The notes beneath the pieces were generated by a model. The model was not told where the DNA came from and searched no databases. It was given only the letters and a program-made list of their open reading frames with translations. From contig CAVTUQ010000019.1 of the NCBI GenBank assembly GCA_963737905.1, forward strand, positions 64,001 to 128,000: a stretch of 64,000 nt of DNA, written 5' to 3'. Source of the stretch: an uncultured delta proteobacterium (GTDB lineage Bacteria > Desulfobacterota > Binatia > UBA9968). The translations under genes and the position numbers were made by a program. Every line of letters starts with the position of its first letter. Positions within the stretch are counted from its first letter, which is position 1. This document shows, piece after piece, positions 39,986 through 49,132 of this stretch.

Positions 39986-40969
39986 TTACCGCGCTAACTC
40001 TTTCAACGCTTCGTCCGCCAGAGAGTTGTCCACGACCATCTCGGCGGTAATGTTGGGGGGTATTTGTTTGGCGCTTTTCTCGATGTCTAGCAGCGTCTCG
40101 ACGCCTTCCAGCGGAACTCTTCCGTCGCGGCTGAAGGCGTCGACGACGACGTCGTAAGACTCCCGCGCCAACTTTTCATCCATGTTAAAACGTTTGCGGA
40201 TCACGTCAGTCGTGCCCGCCGGATTGGCACGGACGAAACGCAACGCTTCGATTTCACCGCGCAACAGTTTGCGTGCTTGCGCGCGGTTTTTGCCGATCTT
40301 ATCAAGCGTCGTTCCGAGGCCCGAAAAGGGGAAATTCAAGAGCTCGCCTGTATTCGCTAACAGAGGAAACCCTTCGCGCCTGAGAATCACCGAAAACGGC
40401 GGTGCGACGACTATGGAGTCGACGCGGCCGATTTTGAACGCTTCGTACATGACTTTTTCATCGCCGATGGCGAGGATCTTGACGTCTTTGTCGGGATCGA
40501 GGCCATAGTGACGCAGAGTGAGTCTCGTGCTGACGTAATTGGTTCCGCCAATGGCAGTGACTCCGATCGTGGCCCCTTTGAGGTCTTTAATGGTCTTGAA
40601 TTTACTATTAGCGACGAAGCTAAAAAATGGCGCTTTGATGCTCGTCGAGATCGCTCGGACCGGAGCGCCTTTGGCGGCCGAACGGATGATAGATCCGATA
40701 AGCTCCACATAGTCGATATCGCCGCTCAGCAGGGCAGCCATGGCGACGTTGGGGCGCACCTGAATGAGTTCGGCTTCTATGCCATGCTTGGTGTAAAAGC
40801 CGCGATCCTTTGCGACGAATGGCACCAAAAAGGCCAAGGAGTTGGAGGCGTAGGCGATGCGCACTTTCTCGGCTGTCTGGGCTCGAGAATCAACCGGAAC
40901 GATGAGCAGAGCCGCAATGAGAACGGCTAAAAGGTGCAACTGACAGATTTTGCTTTTCATGAGCTTCAA
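39986..40969 (-). CDS. NMT1/THI5-type substrate-binding protein
   Basis: Signal peptide; GFYTKHG, DLKGATIG, GLDPDKDV. Confidence 0.88.
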   Translation of the reverse strand: MKLMKSKICQLHLLAVLIAALLIVPVDSRAQTAEKVRIAYASNSLAFLVPFVAKDRGFYTKHGIEAELIQVRPNVAMAALLSGDIDYVELIGSIIRSAAKGAPVRAISTSIKAPFFSFVANSKFKTIKDLKGATIGVTAIGGTNYVSTRLTLRHYGLDPDKDVKILAIGDEKVMYEAFKIGRVDSIVVAPPFSVILRREGFPLLANTGELLNFPFSGLGTTLDKIGKNRAQARKLLRGEIEALRFVRANPAGTTDVIRKRFNMDEKLARESYDVVVDAFSRDGRVPLEGVETLLDIEKSAKQIPPNITAEMVVDNSLADEALKELAR

Positions 40970-41970
40970 TTTTTTGGCGGACGGCCGTAGAGTTTGTCGA
41001 TGAAGCCGGACTTTTTGATTTCTTCGATGATGCTCGTGTCCATGAGGCTTGCCGGTTTGACGTTGCGCGCGTTGGGATGGGTCAGCGAATCAAGAGCTCC
41101 TTGAATGCCATTAGCCTCCGGGACAGGATACTCCCGCAAGCTTTTGGCCAGCCGCTCGTGGAGATCTTTCTGAACCGCCGGTTCTTTGATGCCTTCTTCT
41201 TCGAAGATCGAGTAAACAAGCTTGGGCCGGGTCTTGAATAAGTAGATCCCTTCAATAGTCGCCTGAAGATATCGCCGCAGCGTTTCGCGTTGAGTCTTAA
41301 TCATGGACAGCGGCACAGTTCCGCCGAAGCGCGCATAATCCAAAGGCAATTCCGAGAGGTCGATCAGCACTCGGCAGCAGCCGGTGGCAAGAATCTTGGC
41401 GATATTGTCCGGGCTGATCAACGCCGCATCGACATGGCCCGCGACCAATGCCGACATCCGCGTGGGCGTGTTGCCGGATTGGAGGATAGTGACCTCCTTC
41501 TCGGGATCGATTTTCCACTGACGTATGACCATCCGGGTCACGATGTCCGATGCCGAGCCTATCCGGCTTACGGCTACCCGTTTTCCCCTCAGTTCTTCCG
41601 GTTTAGCGATATCTTTCCGGGTGACGAAAATGTGTTCGAGCCGGTTAAATGTAATGCTGATGACCTTGAGATCCATGATCCCCGAGACAGATAGACCAAG
41701 CATGGCGGGCACGTCGGAGTCGGAAAGATTGATGTTGCCGCCCGCTATCGCCTGCGTCAAAACGCTGCCGCTGTTAAAATAAATCGCTTTGACGTTGACG
41801 CCGTACTTATCCCATAGTTTTTCCTTCTCGATGACACGGCGGAGATCGGTGCTGATCCCCGCTCCGCTGTAGCCCATGACGATGGAATTTGATTGCGCGA
41901 GAACGCGGTCAATTCGCGGCATCAACATTGCGGCGCAAATGGCTAGTAAAAGAAAAATGGTCTTTTTCAC
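40966..41970 (-). CDS. NMT1/THI5-type substrate-binding protein (alternative TTG start at 42036)
   Basis: Signal KKTIFLLLAICAAML; ELRGKRVAVSRIGS, EIKKSGFIDKLY. Confidence 0.85.
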   Translation of the reverse strand: MKKTIFLLLAICAAMLMPRIDRVLAQSNSIVMGYSGAGISTDLRRVIEKEKLWDKYGVNVKAIYFNSGSVLTQAIAGGNINLSDSDVPAMLGLSVSGIMDLKVISITFNRLEHIFVTRKDIAKPEELRGKRVAVSRIGSASDIVTRMVIRQWKIDPEKEVTILQSGNTPTRMSALVAGHVDAALISPDNIAKILATGCCRVLIDLSELPLDYARFGGTVPLSMIKTQRETLRRYLQATIEGIYLFKTRPKLVYSIFEEEGIKEPAVQKDLHERLAKSLREYPVPEANGIQGALDSLTHPNARNVKPASLMDTSIIEEIKKSGFIDKLYGRPPKN

Positions 41971-42032
41971 GTTTGACTCGGGACGATTATACCTCGCCCC
42001 TCTTTCTGTCCCTGGGAGAGGCTTAGAACCAT

Positions 42033-43475
42033 TCAATGCGCCCGCTGCAGAACTTCCTTGAGCACCGAAGCGTACTTCTTGTCGAGCTGATCTTTGAATT
42101 CATCGCTCACGGCGTTGACCGCCGGGAACTTGTCGCGCCACTCAAAGGGCCGGGTGGCGTCAATGATCGCGCGTGAGTTGAATCCTTTGCGCTCCCTGGG
42201 AATGACCGGATCCAACGGCCCGCTCCAGGCGCGCCGGATAATGTCGATATTTTCCGGCTCCGAGCGCGTGGACATTGCCCAGATGACGTCATCGGGGTTG
42301 TAAATGTCGATGTCGTCATCGACGACGATCACGTACCTGCCCAGATAGGCGCCGGGTCGACATTGGCTGGCGATCAGTGCCGCTTGCTTGGCGTGACCTG
42401 GATAGCGTTGCTTGATTTTGATGATCGAGAAGAAACGATAGCCCGCGGGATGAAGCCATACACCTTTCACATCCGGAACCCCGGCGTCCTCCAGCGCATT
42501 CCAGATCAGCGCTGAGCGTTGGATCGAACGATGAAAACCTTGACCGGCGGATGGACGCAGCGGCGGTTCACCGCACAGGACGGGATTGTTCCGATGGTAA
42601 AGCGCTTTGACGCGCACCACCGGTTCCGGCCTTGTGTCGCTGGCGTAGTAGCCGGGCCACTCGCCGAACGGTCCTTCAGGGAGGTTGTCTCCGGGGATCA
42701 TTTCTCCCTCGATAGCGATTTCCGAATAGGCTGGAATCGGCAATCCCGTGTGCGGTCCTCGTACCAGTTGGATCGGTTCGTTCAGCACGCCGCCCGCGTA
42801 GTCGAATTCGCTCATCTTGACCGGCACATCCGTGCATCCTGAGATGAACAAAAGCGGATGGTGGCCGAAGGACATGACGACGGGGCAAGATTTACCCATA
42901 TCGAAGTATTTCTTCCGATGCAGGCCGCCATGTTTTCCCGGCGAGATGTAGAGCGCCACCGCTTGAGGACCCTGGAGCATGACACGATAAGTCCCCGCAT
43001 TGACCCAACCCTCTTCCGGATCTCGGGTGATAACGAGGTCATCGGTGCCGATGTAACGGCCGCCGTCCAGTTCGTGCCAGCGGGGAATTGGAAACGCCTC
43101 CAGATCGATATCTTTTTCGACTCGATTTTCAAAAATCGGGCCGTCCTTAACATATTCCGGTTCCACGGGTTGAAAGTTTCGTACCTTTCGTCTCCAGGCT
43201 TGAATGAAGTCCGTCACTCCGAGCTTGGGGTCATTGCCCATCGCCAACGCGAGTCTCTCGATGCCATCGATCTGACTACAAAGGATTTGCATGTCTTCCC
43301 GCGCGTTCGGAATCTTTTCGAAAAGCAGCGCAGGTGAATGCTTGCTGCGCTCCAGTATCATCTCGACCAAACCGCCCATATCTTTGTCCCAGGGAACCCC
43401 TTGGATGCGGTGGAGCTGATTGATGGACTCCACCTCTTTCATCCAGACGCGTAGATCGTGATTTGCTGGATTCAT
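42033..43475 (-). CDS. UbiD family decarboxylase
   Basis: DGGRYIGT, NAGTYR, EGPFGEWPGYY, VVDDDID, IDATRP. Confidence 0.92.
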   Translation of the reverse strand: MNPANHDLRVWMKEVESINQLHRIQGVPWDKDMGGLVEMILERSKHSPALLFEKIPNAREDMQILCSQIDGIERLALAMGNDPKLGVTDFIQAWRRKVRNFQPVEPEYVKDGPIFENRVEKDIDLEAFPIPRWHELDGGRYIGTDDLVITRDPEEGWVNAGTYRVMLQGPQAVALYISPGKHGGLHRKKYFDMGKSCPVVMSFGHHPLLFISGCTDVPVKMSEFDYAGGVLNEPIQLVRGPHTGLPIPAYSEIAIEGEMIPGDNLPEGPFGEWPGYYASDTRPEPVVRVKALYHRNNPVLCGEPPLRPSAGQGFHRSIQRSALIWNALEDAGVPDVKGVWLHPAGYRFFSIIKIKQRYPGHAKQAALIASQCRPGAYLGRYVIVVDDDIDIYNPDDVIWAMSTRSEPENIDIIRRAWSGPLDPVIPRERKGFNSRAIIDATRPFEWRDKFPAVNAVSDEFKDQLDKKYASVLKEVLQRAH

Positions 43476-44416
43476 CCTGGATCTCCTTCAGACCGCTGAA
43501 AAAGGCTCACCTGCGTCGTTGCGCTTGCCCGCCTCGCTACGACGTACTGCGGGGGTACGCTTCCGCTCGTCAACCTGCGCGCGCCTCGCATCTGAACCTT
43601 TTTGATCGGTAAACTCTTCATTGATTTAAGAGAGGTTTGTCGTCTGTTTCCCAGCTCCACGGCGGCCCGGTGCATGATGCCATAGAGATCCACGGCCGCC
43701 GTCGCGCAATATTCCAAATTATAGCCTTCGCGCGTGTCGGCGTAGCCGTCCTCTAAGATGCGCTGCATGACCATACGGTTGAAACTGCCATGGCCCATGA
43801 CGCCGTCATCGTGTTCTTTCAGGTCAGCCTCCTCGTGGGTCGAGAAGTAGATCGCCTGCTGCGGATTGAATCCATAGTTGGTGGTCAACGTTTTAAACCA
43901 AGTTGCGGCCCAGTGGCCGATAGGTTCCTCCGTCAGCATGGAGAACCACCACTCGGCGACCGTGCCTTCCCAAAGCAAACCACGCTTGAAGTCTAGGATC
44001 GCACGCGCTTCCGGCAGCATGGGCTCGCGCAGGATTTGATCCTTCGTCAGCCCCAACGCCTCCGCTGTCTGTAGCATGACCATCACATGGCCGGGCGGCT
44101 TCGGATGAATAAATTCATCGGCGATCTTCGCGCCAAGCGGGCCCATAAGATCCGGGTGACGTTTAAAAAAGCCGATATGTTTGTGATAAGACGCGGCGAT
44201 GAGCGTGTTGATTTCTACAGTAAAGTTGCCCCAGTTCTTGAAGAAGAGCTTGATGGCTGAGATGGGCAGCTTCCCCTCGACGAACTGGGTCATGAATTGC
44301 CCCTTGGTAACCCGTTCATCCCAACGTTGAATGACTTTCTTGTTTAGTCCGTCAACGAAGGCCTTGGCCTCGGCCGGGCTCATCCTTACGCCAAGCTTCG
44401 GTGTTGTCATGCTCAT
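43472..44416 (-). CDS. Heme-oxygenase-like protein, second subfamily, paralogue 6 (C-terminus reads through a MITE)
   Basis: DEFIHPKPPGH, LTEE, STHEEAD..H; paralogue of 47199. Confidence 0.7.
   Translation of the reverse strand: MSMTTPKLGVRMSPAEAKAFVDGLNKKVIQRWDERVTKGQFMTQFVEGKLPISAIKLFFKNWGNFTVEINTLIAASYHKHIGFFKRHPDLMGPLGAKIADEFIHPKPPGHVMVMLQTAEALGLTKDQILREPMLPEARAILDFKRGLLWEGTVAEWWFSMLTEEPIGHWAATWFKTLTTNYGFNPQQAIYFSTHEEADLKEHDDGVMGHGSFNRMVMQRILEDGYADTREGYNLEYCATAAVDLYGIMHRAAVELGNRRQTSLKSMKSLPIKKVQMRGARRLTSGSVPPQYVVARRASATTQVSLFQRSEGDPG
43489..43610. repeat. MITE-like element
   Basis: Imperfect TIRs accgctgaaaaagg / cctttttgatcggt with an internal gcgtcgttg..cgacgtac..gtacgc palindrome. 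Confidence 0.65.
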
Positions 44417-44540
44417 TGCGTGAGTTCTTGAATACTACATTGCGAGTTTCCAGGTGTCAGGTTTCGGGTGTAGGGGGCGTTGAGCTCACGCTCCTTGCCG
44501 TGAACTGAAACCTGAAACCCGACACCCGACGTTAACCGGG

Positions 44541-45452
44541 TCACGTTCGGTAGAGATTATCAATGAAGCCGCTGTCGTCAATGCGGCGCAGATAATGGAA
44601 ATCCCACAACGCCATAGGATCGGTCTTCTCGGCCTCTTTGTCCTGCTCTATGGATATCTCATAAACGTTCTTGATCGCCGGGATGCTCGCGTAGGGCTTG
44701 GCCTGCAAAATCATTTTCAGCTCATCATATAGGTGCGTGGCCGTTTCATCGTCCAATTCGCCTTCCTCTTTATATTTGTCTTTGATGATCTTGATGGATT
44801 CGGCCCGATGGGTCTTGAGATAAGCAATGCCCTCACAGATCCCTTTGAGAAACTTGTCCACGATATCGGGGTGCTTCTCAACGAAATTAAGACAAGTGGA
44901 AACTGTGGTGAACCAGACCATCGGCAGGAACTCCACATCGATCACCTTAAGTCCCGCTCTCCGGGCGAAGATATCGCCAGGAGGATTGACAAACGCGGCG
45001 TCGACTTTGCCGTCCCGGACATATTCCCACTGGGCCGTTTCGCCGCGGAAACGCTCAATCTGACATTCTCCCAAGAGGCCGTTCTGCTTGAGAAAGAGCC
45101 AGGTGTTGAGACCTGGATGTTGGCCTTTGCTGGCAACTCGTTTGCCTCTTAGATCCGAAACTCTTGAGATACCCGAATCGGAGCGCACAACCATGCGGTG
45201 GTTGAGCAAGCTGACACTTTGACCGAGGTAGACCCACCGATCGCCCTTGGGTCGTCTAATGTAGGGTGACAGATGGTTGCCGCCGACGAACTCTACGCTG
45301 CCATTGGCGACGTTGTTGTGGGCGTCCTCCGAGCTGATGAAATAATCATACTCCACTTGCAGTCCGTGTTTTTCCCAGCTGCCGGATTCTCCGACAACGT
45401 GAAGAAACGACAAATGGCTTTCCGACCGATAAGGAAAATGTACTTTGTCCAT
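44541..45452 (-). CDS. NMT1/THI5-fold protein lacking a signal peptide
   Basis: WEKHGL, DLRGKRVA, VDAAFV, IDDSGFIDNLY; polar N-terminus directly after the GGAG RBS. Confidence 0.8.
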   Translation of the reverse strand: MDKVHFPYRSESHLSFLHVVGESGSWEKHGLQVEYDYFISSEDAHNNVANGSVEFVGGNHLSPYIRRPKGDRWVYLGQSVSLLNHRMVVRSDSGISRVSDLRGKRVASKGQHPGLNTWLFLKQNGLLGECQIERFRGETAQWEYVRDGKVDAAFVNPPGDIFARRAGLKVIDVEFLPMVWFTTVSTCLNFVEKHPDIVDKFLKGICEGIAYLKTHRAESIKIIKDKYKEEGELDDETATHLYDELKMILQAKPYASIPAIKNVYEISIEQDKEAEKTDPMALWDFHYLRRIDDSGFIDNLYRT

Positions 45453-45504
45453 GATGAGTTCCTCCTTGTTTCTGATTAATTGATGTCATTGCGGAAATAT
45501 CACC

Positions 45505-46938
45505 TTACTTCGAGCGAGACAACTGGATTAAATCGCGGCTCCATTTTTCCGCAATTTCTTTTCTTTTTTCTGCGCTGAACTTGTTGGACGCCGGAAAACG
45601 ATCGCGCCAGAAAAAGGGCTTGCAAGCATCGATGAGCATTCGGCTCATGGTGAAATCGCCTTGGTCGCGTTTGTCCGGCGGCAGGCGCGGATCGAGGTCG
45701 GACGTCCAGGATTTGAGAATTTGAATCGACTCCGCCGGATCCACTCGAGTGCACATTGCCCAGATCACCTGTTTCAAATCCACCGGATCGATATCGTCGT
45801 CCACCGCGACATAGTAGCGATACATGCTGGCGCCGGTCTGCATGCCCGCCATAGCGGTGAGCGCGTGCAGGGCATGACCGGAGTGCCGTTGCTTGAGGGA
45901 TACGACGACCATCAACGTGTGACAGTGGCACCAGATGCCCTGAATGTCGGAGATCCCGGATTGCTCCAGGTGATCCCAGATGCGGGCCGCGAAAAGCGGA
46001 ATGCCGTATCGCTCCGTGATCGGAAGCAGAGGAGGATTGCCCAGCAGGATCGGGTCGTTCCGATGCAGGATACGTTTTACCCGAACGACACACTCTTTAC
46101 CGCGATGGGTGTAATAGCCTGGCCACTCGCCGAAAGGTCCCTCCATTTCCGACTCTTCTTCCGGCGTGGGCATTTCGCCTTCGACGACAATTTCAGACGT
46201 TGCCGGAACAGGAAGGCCGGCGAATGGGGTTCGTATCACTTGTACCGGTTCGCCGCGCAGCGCCCCGGCATAGTCATATTCGCTTGCCCCGGCCTTGGCT
46301 GCCGACGGTGCCGCTGTCCAAGTCGCGGGCTCGCAGCCCAAGACGATGGCGACCGGACATGCGCGTTTCGCTTGCCAATACTTTCGCGCTATCTGTTTGC
46401 CATGTTTATGGTCAATGATCCACAACGTGAGTCGATTCTTATCGACGACACAGGCCCGGTAGGTGCCCACATTGATCCACCCGCTGTCCGGGTCTTTGGT
46501 GATGACCATATCGCCGGTGCCGATGTAACGCCCGCCGTCGTGCTCGTGCCATCTCGGTGTGGGAAATATGCCCAGATCGATGCGATCGCTTGCCAAAACA
46601 TTTTCCGTCACCGGGCCGGAGGAAACTTCGACGGGCGAAAACGGCTTGAGACTGCGAGTCTTCTCCCGCCACGCTTTGAGAATTTCCAACTTTGGAAGTT
46701 CCGTGGGAAGACCCAGGGCCAAGGCGAAACGCCGGGCGGTGGCGAGCACGTTGGTTGCGATGCGAAAGCCCTTTGGATAACCGGGTATGTTGTCAAACAG
46801 AAGCAGCGGACCTTCCTGTTCAGCCATCAGCTCCGTCAGGCATCCGATCTCGAGGTTCCAGTGAGCGCCATCGATAGTTCTGGATTCGCCAATGCCGGCC
46901 GCGGCTTCGATAAAGGTTCCGAGATCAGAGAAAGCCAT
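45505..46938 (-). CDS. UbiD family decarboxylase
   Basis: DGGRYIGT, NVGTYR, EGPFGEWPGYY, VDDDID, IDACKP. Confidence 0.92.
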   Translation of the reverse strand: MAFSDLGTFIEAAAGIGESRTIDGAHWNLEIGCLTELMAEQEGPLLLFDNIPGYPKGFRIATNVLATARRFALALGLPTELPKLEILKAWREKTRSLKPFSPVEVSSGPVTENVLASDRIDLGIFPTPRWHEHDGGRYIGTGDMVITKDPDSGWINVGTYRACVVDKNRLTLWIIDHKHGKQIARKYWQAKRACPVAIVLGCEPATWTAAPSAAKAGASEYDYAGALRGEPVQVIRTPFAGLPVPATSEIVVEGEMPTPEEESEMEGPFGEWPGYYTHRGKECVVRVKRILHRNDPILLGNPPLLPITERYGIPLFAARIWDHLEQSGISDIQGIWCHCHTLMVVVSLKQRHSGHALHALTAMAGMQTGASMYRYYVAVDDDIDPVDLKQVIWAMCTRVDPAESIQILKSWTSDLDPRLPPDKRDQGDFTMSRMLIDACKPFFWRDRFPASNKFSAEKRKEIAEKWSRDLIQLSRSK

Positions 46939-46985
46939 TGAATATTTCTCCAGCGTTCTTCTTGTTGCTAGGTTTTCATGCGATC

Positions 46986-47080
46986 TCCTCGCCCTCCTTC
47001 GAAGGGAGAGGAATGAGGTGAGGGTAGTGCGCTTGAGGCGGAGCCCTCACCCTTGCCTCTCCCACTGCGCGGGAGAGGGA
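46986..47080. repeat. CCCTCACC/GGGAGAGG-type REP-like dimer
   Basis: ccctccttcgaagggagagg..aggtgaggg and ccctcaccc..cctctccc..gggagaggg; related copies at about 6890-7055 and 28905-28995. Confidence 0.7.
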
Positions 47081-47198
47081 ATCGGACCGCTCACGTTCTT
47101 GTTCTTCCCGGAAAAAGTCCCAATGCTTCTCAGATCTAAGATTTCAGATTCTGGAATTGCAATCTGAGATATACCATTTAAATCCCGAAGGATACGCG

Positions 47199-47942
47199 TC
47201 AGTGCGTTGCTTTGTAGCAGCCGTCCATCATCAGCGCGTTCAAATCCGCCGGCGTGACGGCGCAATATTCGGCGGAGTAGCCGGGCCGCTCTATAATTCC
47301 TTGCTGAAGCAAGCGTACGAGTACGGTTTGCGTGACCGCGCCGTGGGCCTTGCGATCCAAGTGATCCATCGTGTCGGCTTCGTGGTGTTTGGAGAAATAG
47401 CTCGCTTGCTCCGTGGTGAGACCGTAATGGGTAGTGAGCGCGCGGAACCAATCCAAACAGGTTTCGCCAAAAGCGTGTTCCCACAAGACCGAGAACCAAT
47501 ATTCTTGAATCTGTCCGTCCACCATCAACGTCCGTTGAAAATCGGGCAGCGCCCGTGCTTCGGGCAGCATCGGAGTCAGCAGGACTTCCTCGGCGGTGAG
47601 TCCCAAGGCTTTTCCTGTGCCGATGAGGATCTGGATATGACCGGGAGGGCAGGGATGGCCAAACTCATCGAGGACCTTTTGAGTATAGACCTCCATCAAG
47701 TCGACATTCTTTACAAAGAACCACAGGTGTTTATAGAACGCCGAGGTATAGATGGAGTTGATGACGGGCACGAAGGCTCCCCAATTTTTGTAATACAATT
47801 GAATGGTTTCCTTCTTGAGCTTCCCTTCGCGCAGATCATCCATGAAGCGAGTTCTGTCGACCGTTTGCTTCCAACGGCTCTCCAACTTGGCTTTTCTTTC
47901 TGCGATAAAGTCCTCGGCCTCTCGTTCCGTACACTTGAACAT
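47199..47942 (-). CDS. Heme-oxygenase-like protein, second subfamily, paralogue 7
   Basis: DEFGHPCPPGH, LWEH, KHHEAD..H; FMDDLREGKL TenA/PqqC-like N-terminal helix. Confidence 0.72.
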   Translation of the reverse strand: MFKCTEREAEDFIAERKAKLESRWKQTVDRTRFMDDLREGKLKKETIQLYYKNWGAFVPVINSIYTSAFYKHLWFFVKNVDLMEVYTQKVLDEFGHPCPPGHIQILIGTGKALGLTAEEVLLTPMLPEARALPDFQRTLMVDGQIQEYWFSVLWEHAFGETCLDWFRALTTHYGLTTEQASYFSKHHEADTMDHLDRKAHGAVTQTVLVRLLQQGIIERPGYSAEYCAVTPADLNALMMDGCYKATH

Positions 47943-48152
47943 CCTGGGTTTTCCTTTCTAGACGATGATCTGTAGATATGTGAGGAACCTCCCGGCTGTC
48001 AAGTAAAGCCAACCGGGCGGGGCATGGCATGTCGAGTCGGAAAAGAAGCGCAGGTTGCGATTTGGCGAGCAATCGCGATAAGATTCTAATAGCTGTATAG
48101 GTGCTCTGAACTTAAATGGCCACAATGACGGCTAGCGATGTGAGGTGTCTTT

Positions 48153-48509
48153 ATGGATTTCGTAAATCTCGATGAAATGATGGCGACGAAGAAACGGAAT
48201 ATTCATCTGTTTGGAACGGACAATTTCCGCTCTTGGATGCTCTACTTCGTTCCGGGTGACGGAACCGACATGCATTTTCACGCCAGCCCGGAGACCTTCC
48301 TGGTTCTTTCCGGGCACGGCGTAGTCAAGGGTATCAAAGGCGAGGAGAGAACCATTCAGAAGAACGAGGTAGTGTTTTTCGCGGCCAAGGATTACTACCA
48401 GATTACCAACACCGGAACGGAACCCCTGGTGCTGTTTGGCAATCGCTCGGAGGCCTTTGGCGGCCCGCATATCAAGGCCGACGGGACCGATCGCAACGTT
48501 AGGGTCTAG
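48153..48509 (+). CDS. Cupin domain protein
   Basis: MHFHASPETFLVLSG, ITNTGTEPL. Confidence 0.85.
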   Translation: MDFVNLDEMMATKKRNIHLFGTDNFRSWMLYFVPGDGTDMHFHASPETFLVLSGHGVVKGIKGEERTIQKNEVVFFAAKDYYQITNTGTEPLVLFGNRSEAFGGPHIKADGTDRNVRV

Positions 48510-48532
48510 CCCACGGGGCCGGAAGGTATCAA

Positions 48533-48561
48533 TTGACAACGCGCCAGCGAGTGGTTAATTT
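48533..48561 (+). promoter_or_regulatory. Sigma70-like promoter
   Basis: TTGACA-17 bp-TAATTT upstream of 48596. Confidence 0.55.
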
Positions 48562-48595
48562 TTATCCAGTAAAACCTCTGACTTGAGGGTCTTTC

Positions 48596-48937
48596 ATGCC
48601 TATCTACGAGTATAACTGCCAGAAATGTGGAACATTTGAAACCACCCAAAAGATTACCGAAAAGCCATTGACTAGATGCCCTACGTGTAAGGGTAAGGTC
48701 AAAAAACTAATTTCCAATACGTCCTTTCAGCTGAAGGGTACCGGCTGGTACGTCACCGATTACGCCCGCAAAGAGAACGGTAAAGGAGCCGGCAAAGGCG
48801 AAAACGGAGCCAAATCTTCCACCGAGTCCAAAGAATCCAAAGACACTAAGAGCGGGGCCAAAGCCGAATCCAAAACCGAGAGTTCCTCGGGCAAAAGCGA
48901 AAAGTCCTCTTCCACACCCAGCTCCACGTCGGCTTAA
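48596..48937 (+). CDS. FmdB family zinc-ribbon protein
   Basis: [28 protein letters not shown]; low-complexity S/K/E tail. Confidence 0.9.
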   Translation: MPIYEYNCQKCGTFETTQKITEKPLTRCPTCKGKVKKLISNTSFQLKGTGWYVTDYARKENGKGAGKGENGAKSSTESKESKDTKSGAKAESKTESSSGKSEKSSSTPSSTSA

Positions 48938-48986
48938 CAGCCTCCAAATTTGGGCCGCACGACGCGGCCTTTTCGAGAGTAAATAA

Positions 48987-49021
48987 ACAAGCGGCGGTTT
49001 CATCCGCCGCTTGTGTTTTTC
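48987..49021 (+). terminator. Intrinsic terminator
   Basis: acaagcggcgg-tttcat-ccgccgcttgt followed by a T-run. Confidence 0.75.
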
Positions 49022-49132
49022 ACGCGGGCACACTTTAGCACCTCTCAACAAGCGAAAGGGTGTAGATTTGAATTTTGTTTTTCGCTATAGGTGAGGAGTC
49101 AAGCAAAAAACTGTTGAAGGAGGATTTTTTCG

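Noticed and set aside
45661-46941. Long antisense ORFs (e.g. 426 aa here, 340 aa at 16983-18005, 287 aa at 19861-20724)
   Set aside because: They are shadows of well-supported genes on the opposite strand in GC-rich DNA, with no recognisable motifs
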